Positions 50,621 to 59,198 of a stretch of 64,000 nucleotides of DNA are shown one piece after another. The DNA comes from a virus: IMG/VR virus record IMGVR_UViG_3300033141_003544, positions 41,578-105,577 of that record; one strand, given 5' to 3'. Both the position numbers and the translations under genes were made by a program. Numbering within the stretch: the stretch's first letter is position 1; the number at the start of each line of letters is the position of its first letter. The notes below the pieces were generated by a model that was not told where the DNA came from, searched no databases, and saw only the letters and a program-made list of their open reading frames with translations.

Positions 50621-50686
50621 TTTACAGCTCCTTTCTTTTTTAGTAGCCAATACAGGTGCTAAAATATTTATTTTTTCTTTATTGGT

Positions 50687-50729
50687 ATAAAAGATAGCCT
50701 ATCGACATTACTGATAGGCTATCTTTTAT
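50687..50729 (-). terminator. 17-bp stem terminator
   Basis: ATAAAAGATAGCCTATC/GATAGGCTATCTTTTAT. Confidence 0.75.
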
Positions 50730-50767
50730 GTTATTTTCTTATCGGCTGTTTCGGTTAGTCATTTTTG

Positions 50768-51340
50768 TTATTTGCTTGCAATACCAAATTTTTCGAGCAG
50801 GCTATCTACTTCATCGTCTTGGATAGGTCGTACCTTTGACAGCGTTGCACCCATACGCTCAAAGGTCCTGCCGTAATATTCGCCCGTGTTGCTATCAAAA
50901 AAGACAGTCAGTAACCCTGCATAAGCCTTCTGCAGGGTCTCCACCTGACTTGGTAAGACTACCCCATAGATTGACTGGCTTTGTATTTCAAGGCTTTCCA
51001 ATACTTCACTGTCGCTATTTGTATCGCTTCCAATTCTAAAGGCACACATCCCACTCCTGGCGAAATATTTGAGGCAGTCCCTTATTTTTGCGCGGGTGGC
51101 TTTTAGCGCGTCTTTATGAGTTGGAACAGCTCCATTGTGAGACGCTGCATAAGCTTCGATTTCCGAAATGCCGTTAATACCATTATTTAGCATTAGCTTA
51201 CCGATGTTAGTATCAAGCTTATTGCTTGATGTGGTACGTCTCTCGATTACTCTTGTAACTACTGGTTCTGATTTGTTTGTATCAGCCTTTTTTTGGGCTG
51301 ATATTTCAGCCCGGATTTGTTTGGTTGTTTCTTTACTCAT
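50768..51340 (-). CDS. hypothetical protein bracketed by a 16-bp inverted repeat
   Basis: ATG 51340 after GGAG; higher GC than neighbours. Confidence 0.7.
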   Translation of the reverse strand: MSKETTKQIRAEISAQKKADTNKSEPVVTRVIERRTTSSNKLDTNIGKLMLNNGINGISEIEAYAASHNGAVPTHKDALKATRAKIRDCLKYFARSGMCAFRIGSDTNSDSEVLESLEIQSQSIYGVVLPSQVETLQKAYAGLLTVFFDSNTGEYYGRTFERMGATLSKVRPIQDDEVDSLLEKFGIASK

Positions 51341-51386
51341 TTTTCCACTCCATTCCTTTTTTTGAAACAGCCGATAAGAGAAATTA

Positions 51387-51902
51387 TTAAATGATAAGCT
51401 TTCCGTTTCCTGTTCCACATTTTTTGCACTCGAAACTTAACCATAATCCGTTAAACTTGTCCGACCAAAATACTGCACATTCCGCTTTGGAGTCGAGAAA
51501 ATAATCATTATCATAGCCACAGTATTCGCAATGCAATGCTTTTTTAGTATTGTATACTTTTGTACCTACTTTGAGGCTTTTAATATCGTCAATGATAGTA
51601 TCCACCACGTCAATCGGTACGTAACCCGCAATGACGTAATCAACTAACTCGCTATCAGAGTTAATATCACTCCAATCGGTATACTCAAAGTAACATTTAT
51701 TGTACCAGTCAAATTCTTTTAAAATTTCCACGTTTTTCCGCTCTGATGATATTAACACTTCTACTGTTGTATAGTCTTTAATGTAGTTTAAGTCTTTTTT
51801 CGGGCTTGAATAATGATATTTCGACCCTTGAATGCTCAGACTATATCCGTTGATGTGGATATGCGGAAAAATATCCGAATTAACTCGTTTTAGATTTTCC
51901 AT
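51387..51902 (-). CDS. hypothetical protein with C-terminal zinc ribbon
   Basis: SIQGSKYHYSSP; CEYCG..CKKCG. Confidence 0.7.
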   Translation of the reverse strand: MENLKRVNSDIFPHIHINGYSLSIQGSKYHYSSPKKDLNYIKDYTTVEVLISSERKNVEILKEFDWYNKCYFEYTDWSDINSDSELVDYVIAGYVPIDVVDTIIDDIKSLKVGTKVYNTKKALHCEYCGYDNDYFLDSKAECAVFWSDKFNGLWLSFECKKCGTGNGKLII

Positions 51903-51945
51903 GTTTTTCTCCATTCCTTTTTTAAAATAGTCAAAAGAAAAAATG

Positions 51946-52149
51946 TCAACTGTCAAAACATTTTATACCAGTAATAAGCCTTCCATTTCTTGCACCACAG
52001 TTTTTGCATTCGAAAGTTAATAACATTTCGTTCATTTCGTCCGACCAAAATATTGTACATTCTTCCATTGAGGCAAGAAAGTAGTTATTATCGTACCCAC
52101 AGTATTCGCAATGCAATGTTTTTTTGTCGTTCCGTTTTAGATTTTCCAT
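51946..52149 (-). CDS. zinc-ribbon protein, internally deleted paralogue of 51387-51902
   Basis: Same MENLKR start and LHCEYCGYDN end. Confidence 0.7.
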   Translation of the reverse strand: MENLKRNDKKTLHCEYCGYDNNYFLASMEECTIFWSDEMNEMLLTFECKNCGARNGRLITGIKCFDS

Positions 52150-52165
52150 GTTTTTTCTCCATTCT

Positions 52166-52372
52166 TTAAAGTGTAAATAATTCGTACTCTTTTTTAATGT
52201 ATTCTTCTAAATCAAAAATCTCTTTTTCTTTTCCGCAAACAAAAAGGATTAGACTTTTTGAAAGTGAGTAATGATAATCAGCTTTCTCAGCTTTCCTTTT
52301 AAGCTCGTCAATAAGCCTTTCTTTTATTTTACACATTATCAGCTTTCTTGCTTCTTGTTTTGATTTTCTCAT
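52166..52372 (-). CDS. hypothetical protein
   Basis: SD+ORF. Confidence 0.6.
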   Translation of the reverse strand: MRKSKQEARKLIMCKIKERLIDELKRKAEKADYHYSLSKSLILFVCGKEKEIFDLEEYIKKEYELFTL

Positions 52373-52384
52373 TCTTTTTTCCTT

Positions 52385-52738
52385 TTAAGTGTTTAATAAA
52401 ATTGATGATAGTTCGTCGATAGGTACTGTTATTATTTCGCCTTCTGCTGTAAAAAATAAAATTTCACTGATACCATCAGAAGAACAAGTGTCATTCGGCT
52501 TGTAACCAACAATATTTATGTCAGTGTAACCCCGCCCCGTCTCAATAGTTGCGTTGCTTTTGAGTTTTACAGTTAAGCTTAAGTCCCAATCTTCTGTATG
52601 TTCGTACCAACCAAGTTCATGGATGTGGGCAAGCCTACATTTTAAATCTATTAACTTTGCTACCCTGCTTTCGTTATCTTCATTATCGTCAAAAATGACA
52701 GGCTCAAAGTTATCGACCATTTCTGTTGATATATGCAT
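52385..52738 (-). CDS. acidic hypothetical protein
   Basis: SD+ORF. Confidence 0.65.
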   Translation of the reverse strand: MHISTEMVDNFEPVIFDDNEDNESRVAKLIDLKCRLAHIHELGWYEHTEDWDLSLTVKLKSNATIETGRGYTDINIVGYKPNDTCSSDGISEILFFTAEGEIITVPIDELSSILLNT

Positions 52739-52758
52739 GATTTGTTCCCTTTCTTTTT

Positions 52759-53046
52759 TTAGTTTAACCTTGCGTGGAAATCATTCAAAAGTTGAGTATA
52801 GCCGTCTCCATAACAGCACCAGACATCTTTAAACAGTCTTATAATGTCATCTTTTTTGAGCATTTCTTTTGCAAGTTCGGAGTATACTACTAACTCCCAC
52901 GCTTTTTTGTAGGGATTATACTCAATCTGAGCGTATCTAAGACCTCCGTTAATGTTATAGTACGTTTCTTCTGCCTCACTATCCCAATGTCTTGTAACGG
53001 TATATCCCTTACTTTCTAATTTTTTGATTATTCCTTTAATGTCCAT
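52759..53046 (-). CDS. hypothetical protein, distant paralogue of 46934
   Basis: DIKGIIKKLESKGY..IIRLFK. Confidence 0.6.
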   Translation of the reverse strand: MDIKGIIKKLESKGYTVTRHWDSEAEETYYNINGGLRYAQIEYNPYKKAWELVVYSELAKEMLKKDDIIRLFKDVWCCYGDGYTQLLNDFHARLN

Positions 53047-53435
53047 TCTTTTTTCCTTTCTTTTTAATGGAGTAGATTTAAAAACAGTTTCTAAAACAAT
53101 TTTCAAAGAACAAGCAAAAGAGGTTATTATAGAATTATTACTTTGCTCTTTACTTTCACTACATACCTTATATCTAATGGTAGTGAATTTTTAATTTAAT
53201 GTCAAGAACTTTTTTTCAAAAACGAAAAAAAGTTTTAAAAAAATAATTTCTTTTCTCATTTTTAAGAATATCTATTAGATATTCTTTTTATCTGGTAAGA
53301 AGTCATATTTCTTAAAGAAAAATTATTTTTCCTTTTTGTACAAACATCCTTAATAAAAAAATAATTTTTTCTTTTTTTGTAGCTCCACTTATCAGAGACC
53401 GATTTAACTTATTTTCAACTAAATGCTAATAGCAT

Positions 53436-53468
53436 TATTCAATATTCAATATTCAATATTCAATATTC
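53436..53468. repeat. 7-bp tandem repeat AATATTC x4
   Basis: Read directly. Confidence 0.8.
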
Positions 53469-53525
53469 TGTGTTCTTAGTGTTAAAAGTTATTATTTCTT
53501 CTCTAAATCTTTGTTTTTATTAGAG

Positions 53526-53756
53526 TTAGGAAGAATAGACAGGGAATTTATCAATAGAATAACTTATCCAGATATATCTGCCACATTGACAAGTATACCC
53601 TCTACTTCTATGAGAATCTATATCAAAATATTTCCATTGTGAATAACAATAAGAACAATAACCATTGTTCCAGTCTTTCTTTTCTTGATTGTAAGCCCAA
53701 TATATTCCTATAATAAAAAACAGTATTAATATACTGAATAGTATTATATATAACAT
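53526..53756 (-). CDS. membrane-anchored zinc-ribbon protein
   Basis: N-terminal TM; WNNGYCSYC..RGYTCQC. Confidence 0.7.
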   Translation of the reverse strand: MLYIILFSILILFFIIGIYWAYNQEKKDWNNGYCSYCYSQWKYFDIDSHRSRGYTCQCGRYIWISYSIDKFPVYSS

Positions 53757-53876
53757 TTTTATTTCTCCTTTTAAAAGGAATAATATATTTTAAACACTTT
53801 AGTGTTTTTATTAATTGTTTTGGGTTTTTGTTTTAAAGACTTTTTTTAAAAATTTTCTGATAGACAGGGAACTTTT

Positions 53877-54161
53877 TCAAGTTGTATTGTCCATTGAAGA
53901 TATTCTTTCCATTATTGCTTCTTGTACTTCTTCTGGTAAATCTTCAAAAGGGGTTTCTCCATATTTTGATTGACATAATTTTATATCCAGTCTATCAGTA
54001 TTGCCCTGATATTGATTATAACCCTGTGGAGATCTTGGATTGATTGACATACCATAAAAGGAATTTCCAATTACAACTATATAGCGGTCAACTGTTTTAG
54101 TACAATCTGGGCAATTGTTTGTATCAAATACTTTTACATTTTTCATTTTGAAGACTTTCAT
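53877..54161 (-). CDS. conserved phage hypothetical protein
   Basis: TVDRY..MSINPRSPQGYNQY..FEDLPEEVQ. Confidence 0.65.
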   Translation of the reverse strand: MKVFKMKNVKVFDTNNCPDCTKTVDRYIVVIGNSFYGMSINPRSPQGYNQYQGNTDRLDIKLCQSKYGETPFEDLPEEVQEAIMERISSMDNTT

Positions 54162-54344
54162 TGTTTTTTCTATACCCCTCTTTAAAAAAATTGTCAATAA
54201 TTGGTTAAAATAATATTCATAATAATTAATTTAGGATACTATATGCAATATTAAATAAATAATTGATATTAACTATTGAATACAAAATTAGTGTTTTTTA
54301 AATATTGAGATTTTTGTTAATTTCCAGTCAGTAAGTCTAGTTTA

Positions 54345-54728
54345 TTAACAAATTCGTTCTATTGTTTGTCCTTTGTTATCAAGAAGATAACAGGGATTAT
54401 TTGTATATATTTTTAGAACTCCTTCCTTCTGTTTTGCTATAATAGTTTTATATTTGAAATATCTTACATCTGTTTCAAATGCTTCTTCTACTTTTTTTGA
54501 AAATATTTCTTTTGGCATATTTTCAAGCCATGTAAGTAAATCACTTAAAAATACAAAACCATCACCGTGAATATATTTTTTATCAATATCTTCACGTAAG
54601 GCGGTCATATTTTCATATTCAAAAGCATCAATATATTTGAAATCATTATGGTAGGCTATATATTCTTCCACTTCAAAGATCCACCATTTAGATTCCTTGT
54701 TATGAGTATCTAAAACTTTGATTAACAT
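54345..54728 (-). CDS. hypothetical protein bracketed by a 15-bp inverted repeat
   Basis: YLLDNKGQTIERI end; promoter at 54790-54818. Confidence 0.7.
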   Translation of the reverse strand: MLIKVLDTHNKESKWWIFEVEEYIAYHNDFKYIDAFEYENMTALREDIDKKYIHGDGFVFLSDLLTWLENMPKEIFSKKVEEAFETDVRYFKYKTIIAKQKEGVLKIYTNNPCYLLDNKGQTIERIC

Positions 54729-54820
54729 AACTACCTTCCTTTCTACTTACTATTGACTTACTGACTGGAGAATTGTTTTAATTTGTTTTAATATAGATTA
54801 ACTTTATTGAAAATTCAACT

Positions 54821-55066
54821 TTAATTGTTAATTGCATTATTGGGGTTTTGGATATGCTGAGTTTCTAAATAAATATCTAATTTATTAGATAATTTAACGG
54901 TTTTATCGAGATGGGTTTTCATAGCTTTTTTCATTCCATTTACAACTTTTTGTACCGGTAAATCTGCTATAGCTAAAGATAAAAATTTTAAGTCTATAGG
55001 ATTATTTTTTTCACTTATAATCCCAAGGAAGTAGGCAGTAAGCAGGGCTTGTTCTTCTTCTGTCAT
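54821..55066 (-). CDS. hypothetical protein
   Basis: ORF. Confidence 0.55.
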   Translation of the reverse strand: MTEEEQALLTAYFLGIISEKNNPIDLKFLSLAIADLPVQKVVNGMKKAMKTHLDKTVKLSNKLDIYLETQHIQNPNNAINN

Positions 55067-55082
55067 TCTTTTTAGTTTTTGT

Positions 55083-55367
55083 TTAAGGTAAATTTTGTTT
55101 TATCATTCTTTTGTATTCTACAAACTCTCTCTCTAATTGTAGTATATCCTTGTTGAGGGGTTTTAATTTTTTTAAGTATTCTTCTACGTTGTGTGGAAGT
55201 TTCCTTTTCATTTGTATATGAGAGTGAGTATGATCTTTAATTGATTTTAATAGCATCGATATTATTTCTATTGTAGTTATTATATCGACATGTTTTTTAC
55301 TTCCATGGCTTGGGAATTTTTTCCTTATGGAAATAATAGGATTTTCTAATAGTTGAGGCTCTAACAT
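55083..55367 (-). CDS. hypothetical protein
   Basis: ORF with SD. Confidence 0.55.
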   Translation of the reverse strand: MLEPQLLENPIISIRKKFPSHGSKKHVDIITTIEIISMLLKSIKDHTHSHIQMKRKLPHNVEEYLKKLKPLNKDILQLEREFVEYKRMIKQNLP

Positions 55368-55428
55368 ATTTTTCCTTTGTTATTAATATAGAACAGTTTT
55401 TGTTGAATAAGTAATATTGTCTATTATA

Positions 55429-55474
55429 AATATATAATAAAATCCTTGACAAGTCAACGAAATATTTATATATT
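55429..55474. promoter_or_regulatory. Interlocked divergent promoters sharing TTGAC-AA-GTCAA
   Basis: Plus: TTGACA(55446)-17-TATATT. Minus: TTGACT(55457)-17-TATATT. Confidence 0.7.
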
Positions 55475-55505
55475 TATGATATTAAGAGAGAACTAGGAGA
55501 AAACA

Positions 55506-56060
55506 ATGAACAAACCAAGCAAGGTTTTAGTATCTAATCTGAGCAAAACAGCGAAAAAATGGAGTATTGTGGATGAAAAAGGAAAGTTACCTGTCCGTTT
55601 TGTTGAGTTGTATGAGAGAGCAGAAAAACTTGAACAGGAAGATTTAGTTAAATTGGACAATGAAATAAAAATGTTGTATACTTTACAACAGCATTTGTTA
55701 GAAAGTGGTGTTGTAAAAAGAGATGGACAACGTAAAGAAGTGGATTATGATTCAATTACTATAAGACAGTTGCTTTTAATAAATAAGCAATTGATCGCCG
55801 CTAAAGAGGTTAGACAGAAATTAGAAAGAGAAATTAGATTGGATGTAATGACTATAAGAGAACTTTTAGTTCAAATAGTTGAACAGGTAAAGATATATGT
55901 TCCCGAACACCTGACAAGAAAAGTTTTGGGGGCCATAATGAACAATGTTATTGTACCTCATCGAGAAAAGAAAAAGATTATTGGAGATGACGGAGGAATG
56001 TTAACTACTAAATCTATCTCTGAAGAATTACATTTACGGGGAGAAAATGGAACTTCTTAA
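55506..56060 (+). CDS. terS: Probable terminase small subunit
   Basis: Helical, LDNEIKMLY segment; first gene of the packaging block. Confidence 0.5.
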   Translation: MNKPSKVLVSNLSKTAKKWSIVDEKGKLPVRFVELYERAEKLEQEDLVKLDNEIKMLYTLQQHLLESGVVKRDGQRKEVDYDSITIRQLLLINKQLIAAKEVRQKLEREIRLDVMTIRELLVQIVEQVKIYVPEHLTRKVLGAIMNNVIVPHREKKKIIGDDGGMLTTKSISEELHLRGENGTS

Positions 56061-56178
56061 AATAACGGTCTTTTTTGATAATACAAAAACAATAACTGTA
56101 GAGGACCCTATAATACAAAAGATAACAGTACTTTATCCTTTAACAGATAAAATAACTGTTAAAGTTAATATAAGTTAG
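56047..56178 (+). CDS. 43-aa peptide with four (K/T)ITV repeats
   Basis: GGAG SD; read by hand. Confidence 0.45.
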   Translation: MELLKITVFFDNTKTITVEDPIIQKITVLYPLTDKITVKVNIS

Positions 56179-56187
56179 GAGTGTAAT

Positions 56188-56547
56188 ATGGCAACTTTGA
56201 CACTTACTGATGGTAAAATTGAAATATACAAAGGAGATGATCGTGATATCCAATTTACTGTTCAAGATATGGACGGTAATGCTAAGGACATAACTGGAGC
56301 AGATCTTTGGTTTACTGTAAAGAAGAATATAACTGATAACACTGCCAAGATTTATTTGACTACTGGTGATGGTATGACTATAAGTGCTTCTGATTCTGCT
56401 GTTGGAGTATTTACAGTTAATATAAGTACAACTGATACTGAAGACTTGAAAGCTGGTGAATATGTCTGGGAAGCAAAAATGAAACTCAACAACAGAGTAA
56501 CTACTTTACACCAAGATAAATTTGAAATATTAAACAGAGTATCATAA
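56188..56547 (+). CDS. BppU-N-like Ig-fold virion protein
   Basis: IYKGDD..DITGA..FTVK..GEYVWE. Confidence 0.6.
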   Translation: MATLTLTDGKIEIYKGDDRDIQFTVQDMDGNAKDITGADLWFTVKKNITDNTAKIYLTTGDGMTISASDSAVGVFTVNISTTDTEDLKAGEYVWEAKMKLNNRVTTLHQDKFEILNRVS

Positions 56548-57605
56548 TGACGGATTTACAAGCTATAATAAAAGATGAAGTAGTAGATGAATTAGAGTCT
56601 ATTATTCATGAGGAACAATATAAAAGACATCAAAAACTTCTTCCCTGGACTCCTGAAAAAAGAACGGAGTTCGGGAGTTTATTAGAAACTCCCGAAGGAA
56701 TAGAGCAACTTATAAGAGATGATTATTTTTTGGGTTGGGGGGATAGGATATATGATAGTATATTACAAGACGTAACAGATCTTTTTATGGAAAGAAAGAA
56801 AAGGGATATAAACTTAGCTATATTTATATCCAGTATTGGGGCGGGTAAAAGTTGTGAAGCTTCTATTATCTTATGGCTTACTTGGTTAGAGTTAGTATGT
56901 TATGGTGATCCTCAAAAATATTTTGATTTGGGTGTTGACTCAGTTATAGCTTTTATTATTTTGTCAAGGACGGCAGTACAAGCTAGAAAGGTTGCTTTTA
57001 ATGAGGTGTGGAATCGTTTTCAAAGTCCTTTTAACAAGGATTATTTTCCTGCTAGCCCAAGATACAGGACAGAAATTATAATGGAAAGAAATAATATTGT
57101 ATTATTCCCTGGTACTAGTTCTGCTTTATCAGCACTCGGATATAACTTATATGGAGGAATTGTTGATGAAGCTAATTTTTTAGAGGTTGTTGAAGATAGT
57201 AAAAGGGCAGCAATGGAGGATAGATATGAAGCGGCTGAAGATATGTATAATGCCATTACTAATCGTATGGTTTCGAGATTTATGAAGGCCGGTAAATTAC
57301 CAGGATTGTTAGCTATGATATCTTCTCCTCGTTATCCTACGGACTTTTTAGAAAGAAAAGTAAAGGAGGCTATAGATTTAGGAAAACTTTCTAATGTATT
57401 TTTTAGAAAAAGAACTTTGTGGGAAGCCAAAGGAAAAAAATTCTACCCCTCTAATCAATATTTTTATATAAATACTGAAACGTTAGAAGAAGTAAACCCT
57501 GGTAGAGCTGAAAAATTAATCAAATTAAAAAATATGCTTTCAGAGATGAGAGGGAGTTATGATAAAAAGTTTGCTAGATATGCTAAATATGGAGTTAGGG
57601 TATGA
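56547..57605 (+). CDS. terL: Terminase large subunit, ATPase half
   Basis: SIGAGKS, GIVDEANF, MISSP, TLWEAK. Confidence 0.85.
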   Translation: MTDLQAIIKDEVVDELESIIHEEQYKRHQKLLPWTPEKRTEFGSLLETPEGIEQLIRDDYFLGWGDRIYDSILQDVTDLFMERKKRDINLAIFISSIGAGKSCEASIILWLTWLELVCYGDPQKYFDLGVDSVIAFIILSRTAVQARKVAFNEVWNRFQSPFNKDYFPASPRYRTEIIMERNNIVLFPGTSSALSALGYNLYGGIVDEANFLEVVEDSKRAAMEDRYEAAEDMYNAITNRMVSRFMKAGKLPGLLAMISSPRYPTDFLERKVKEAIDLGKLSNVFFRKRTLWEAKGKKFYPSNQYFYINTETLEEVNPGRAEKLIKLKNMLSEMRGSYDKKFARYAKYGVRV

Positions 57606-58078
57606 TATCAGCCGTAGTTGACATAGAGACAACCGGATTAAATCATAAAAAGGATGATATAATTGAAATAGCTGCTATTTCTTTTAAAGGACATAAAATT
57701 TTAGATATTTTTCATTCTTATATTAATATTGATAAAGAGATACCTCAGACTGCAATCAATATTCACAAGATAACAAATAAAATGCTTAAAGGTTTTCCTT
57801 ATTTTAGTGATATTGTATATGATTTGAACAAATTTTTAAAAGATAAACAATTGTATGCTTATAATTCGAATTTTGAAAAAAGATTTTTGAATAGTTGTAA
57901 AGGTCTTAAAATAACTAAAATTTTTGACATATTGAGTTATGTAAAGAAAGTTCAACCAAGTTTGAGTTCATATTCTTTAAAACATGTATGTAACTATTAT
58001 CAAATACCTTTAAAGCCGCATGGTGCAATAAATGATGTATTGGCTTGTTATTGGTTAGTAAATATATTATTCAAATAG
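57602..58078 (+). CDS. DEDDh 3'-5' exonuclease (DnaQ/epsilon-like)
   Basis: VDIETTG, AYNSNFE, HGAINDV. Confidence 0.85.
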   Translation: MISAVVDIETTGLNHKKDDIIEIAAISFKGHKILDIFHSYINIDKEIPQTAINIHKITNKMLKGFPYFSDIVYDLNKFLKDKQLYAYNSNFEKRFLNSCKGLKITKIFDILSYVKKVQPSLSSYSLKHVCNYYQIPLKPHGAINDVLACYWLVNILFK

Positions 58079-58089
58079 GGAGATCAGTT

Positions 58090-58230
58090 ATGCCTAAGAT
58101 GCCTTGTACTAAAAATGGTAAAAAAGGGGTAAAATGGGGAAAAAGTGGGAAGTGTTATACGGGTCCTGGAGCTAGTAAAAAAGTTGATAAACAAAGAAAA
58201 GCAATTTGGGTTAGGAGAAAGTCAGGATAA
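58090..58230 (+). CDS. small basic head-module protein
   Basis: MP..C.KNGKKGVKWGKSGKCYTG. Confidence 0.6.
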   Translation: MPKMPCTKNGKKGVKWGKSGKCYTGPGASKKVDKQRKAIWVRRKSG

Positions 58231-59198
58231 TGGCTATTATTAAAGTTCCATTAGAGTTAAGAACAAGATTTTATTCAAGTCGAGCTAATTTTGTGAGGGA
58301 TATATGTTGTTATCCTATGGATGCAATCAGGCCTTTTTTTAAAAGAAAAACAATGCTTGAAAGGATTTATGATGCAGAACGACAGAATCCTTTGGATGAG
58401 AAACTATTAAGATTTTATGATTGGTATACTCCCATTAATCTTGAAGCTCCAAGATATTTACATTTTGACTTAGGTGTTACGCAAGACAACGTTGGAATTG
58501 CTTGTACTCATGCTAGTCATTTTGTTGAAAGGACTGTTACTAAAGAGGGGGAGACAAGAACAACTTTGGTACCTTTTATTTATTTTGACTTTCTTGGTCG
58601 GATTGAAGCTCCAAAAGGTCATGAAATTATATTAGAAGATGTAGTTAATGTTGTATATCAATTTGCTAGATATGGAGCTTATGTTAGACTTGTTACTTTT
58701 GATGGTTTTCAATCAGTTAGTTCAATACAGTCACTCAACAGGGATGGTTTTACTTCTGCTAGATTATCAATTCAAAGAACTGCTAATAAAATTATAGTGG
58801 ATCCTAGAGCTGAAAATGGATGGAGAAAAGAGTCTACTGAAAAACAATATATTGCAGCTATGCAATCTCTCAAGGATATTGTTTACCAGACTAGAGGTTC
58901 AGTTCCAAACCACCCATATTATTTTAGAGAGGCAAAAGGAGCTGAATATGATGAGAAGATGGTAAAAGTGGATCATCTTCCAAACGGTACTATTGATATG
59001 TTGCAAGCTATGGCAGGGGCCACTTTTAATTGTGAAAACAATTCTTATCCTCCAGTTGATGAATCAGAGTTTAAGGGGAGTCACACTAAAATAGAAGATA
59101 ATTTTTATGAAGAACATAATTATTCCGATTTAGGGAAATCAAAAAATGAAGTAGAGGATTCTTTTTATAAAGAAATAGAGGGAGATTATGGATTTTAA
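58230..59198 (+). CDS. terL: Terminase large subunit, nuclease half
   Basis: IKVP..FVRDI; LHFDLG; VTFDGFQS; KVDHLPNGTIDM. Confidence 0.8.
   Translation: MAIIKVPLELRTRFYSSRANFVRDICCYPMDAIRPFFKRKTMLERIYDAERQNPLDEKLLRFYDWYTPINLEAPRYLHFDLGVTQDNVGIACTHASHFVERTVTKEGETRTTLVPFIYFDFLGRIEAPKGHEIILEDVVNVVYQFARYGAYVRLVTFDGFQSVSSIQSLNRDGFTSARLSIQRTANKIIVDPRAENGWRKESTEKQYIAAMQSLKDIVYQTRGSVPNHPYYFREAKGAEYDEKMVKVDHLPNGTIDMLQAMAGATFNCENNSYPPVDESEFKGSHTKIEDNFYEEHNYSDLGKSKNEVEDSFYKEIEGDYGF

Noticed and set aside
50737-54769. IS or MITE ends as the explanation for the gene-flanking IRs
   Set aside because: Each IR differs in sequence; no target duplications, transposase or invertase in the window.
57500-58260. 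Split intein or group I intron joining the TerL halves
   Set aside because: No Cys/Ser..His-Asn ends, and the gap is filled by ordinary ORFs, leaving no room for a ribozyme core.
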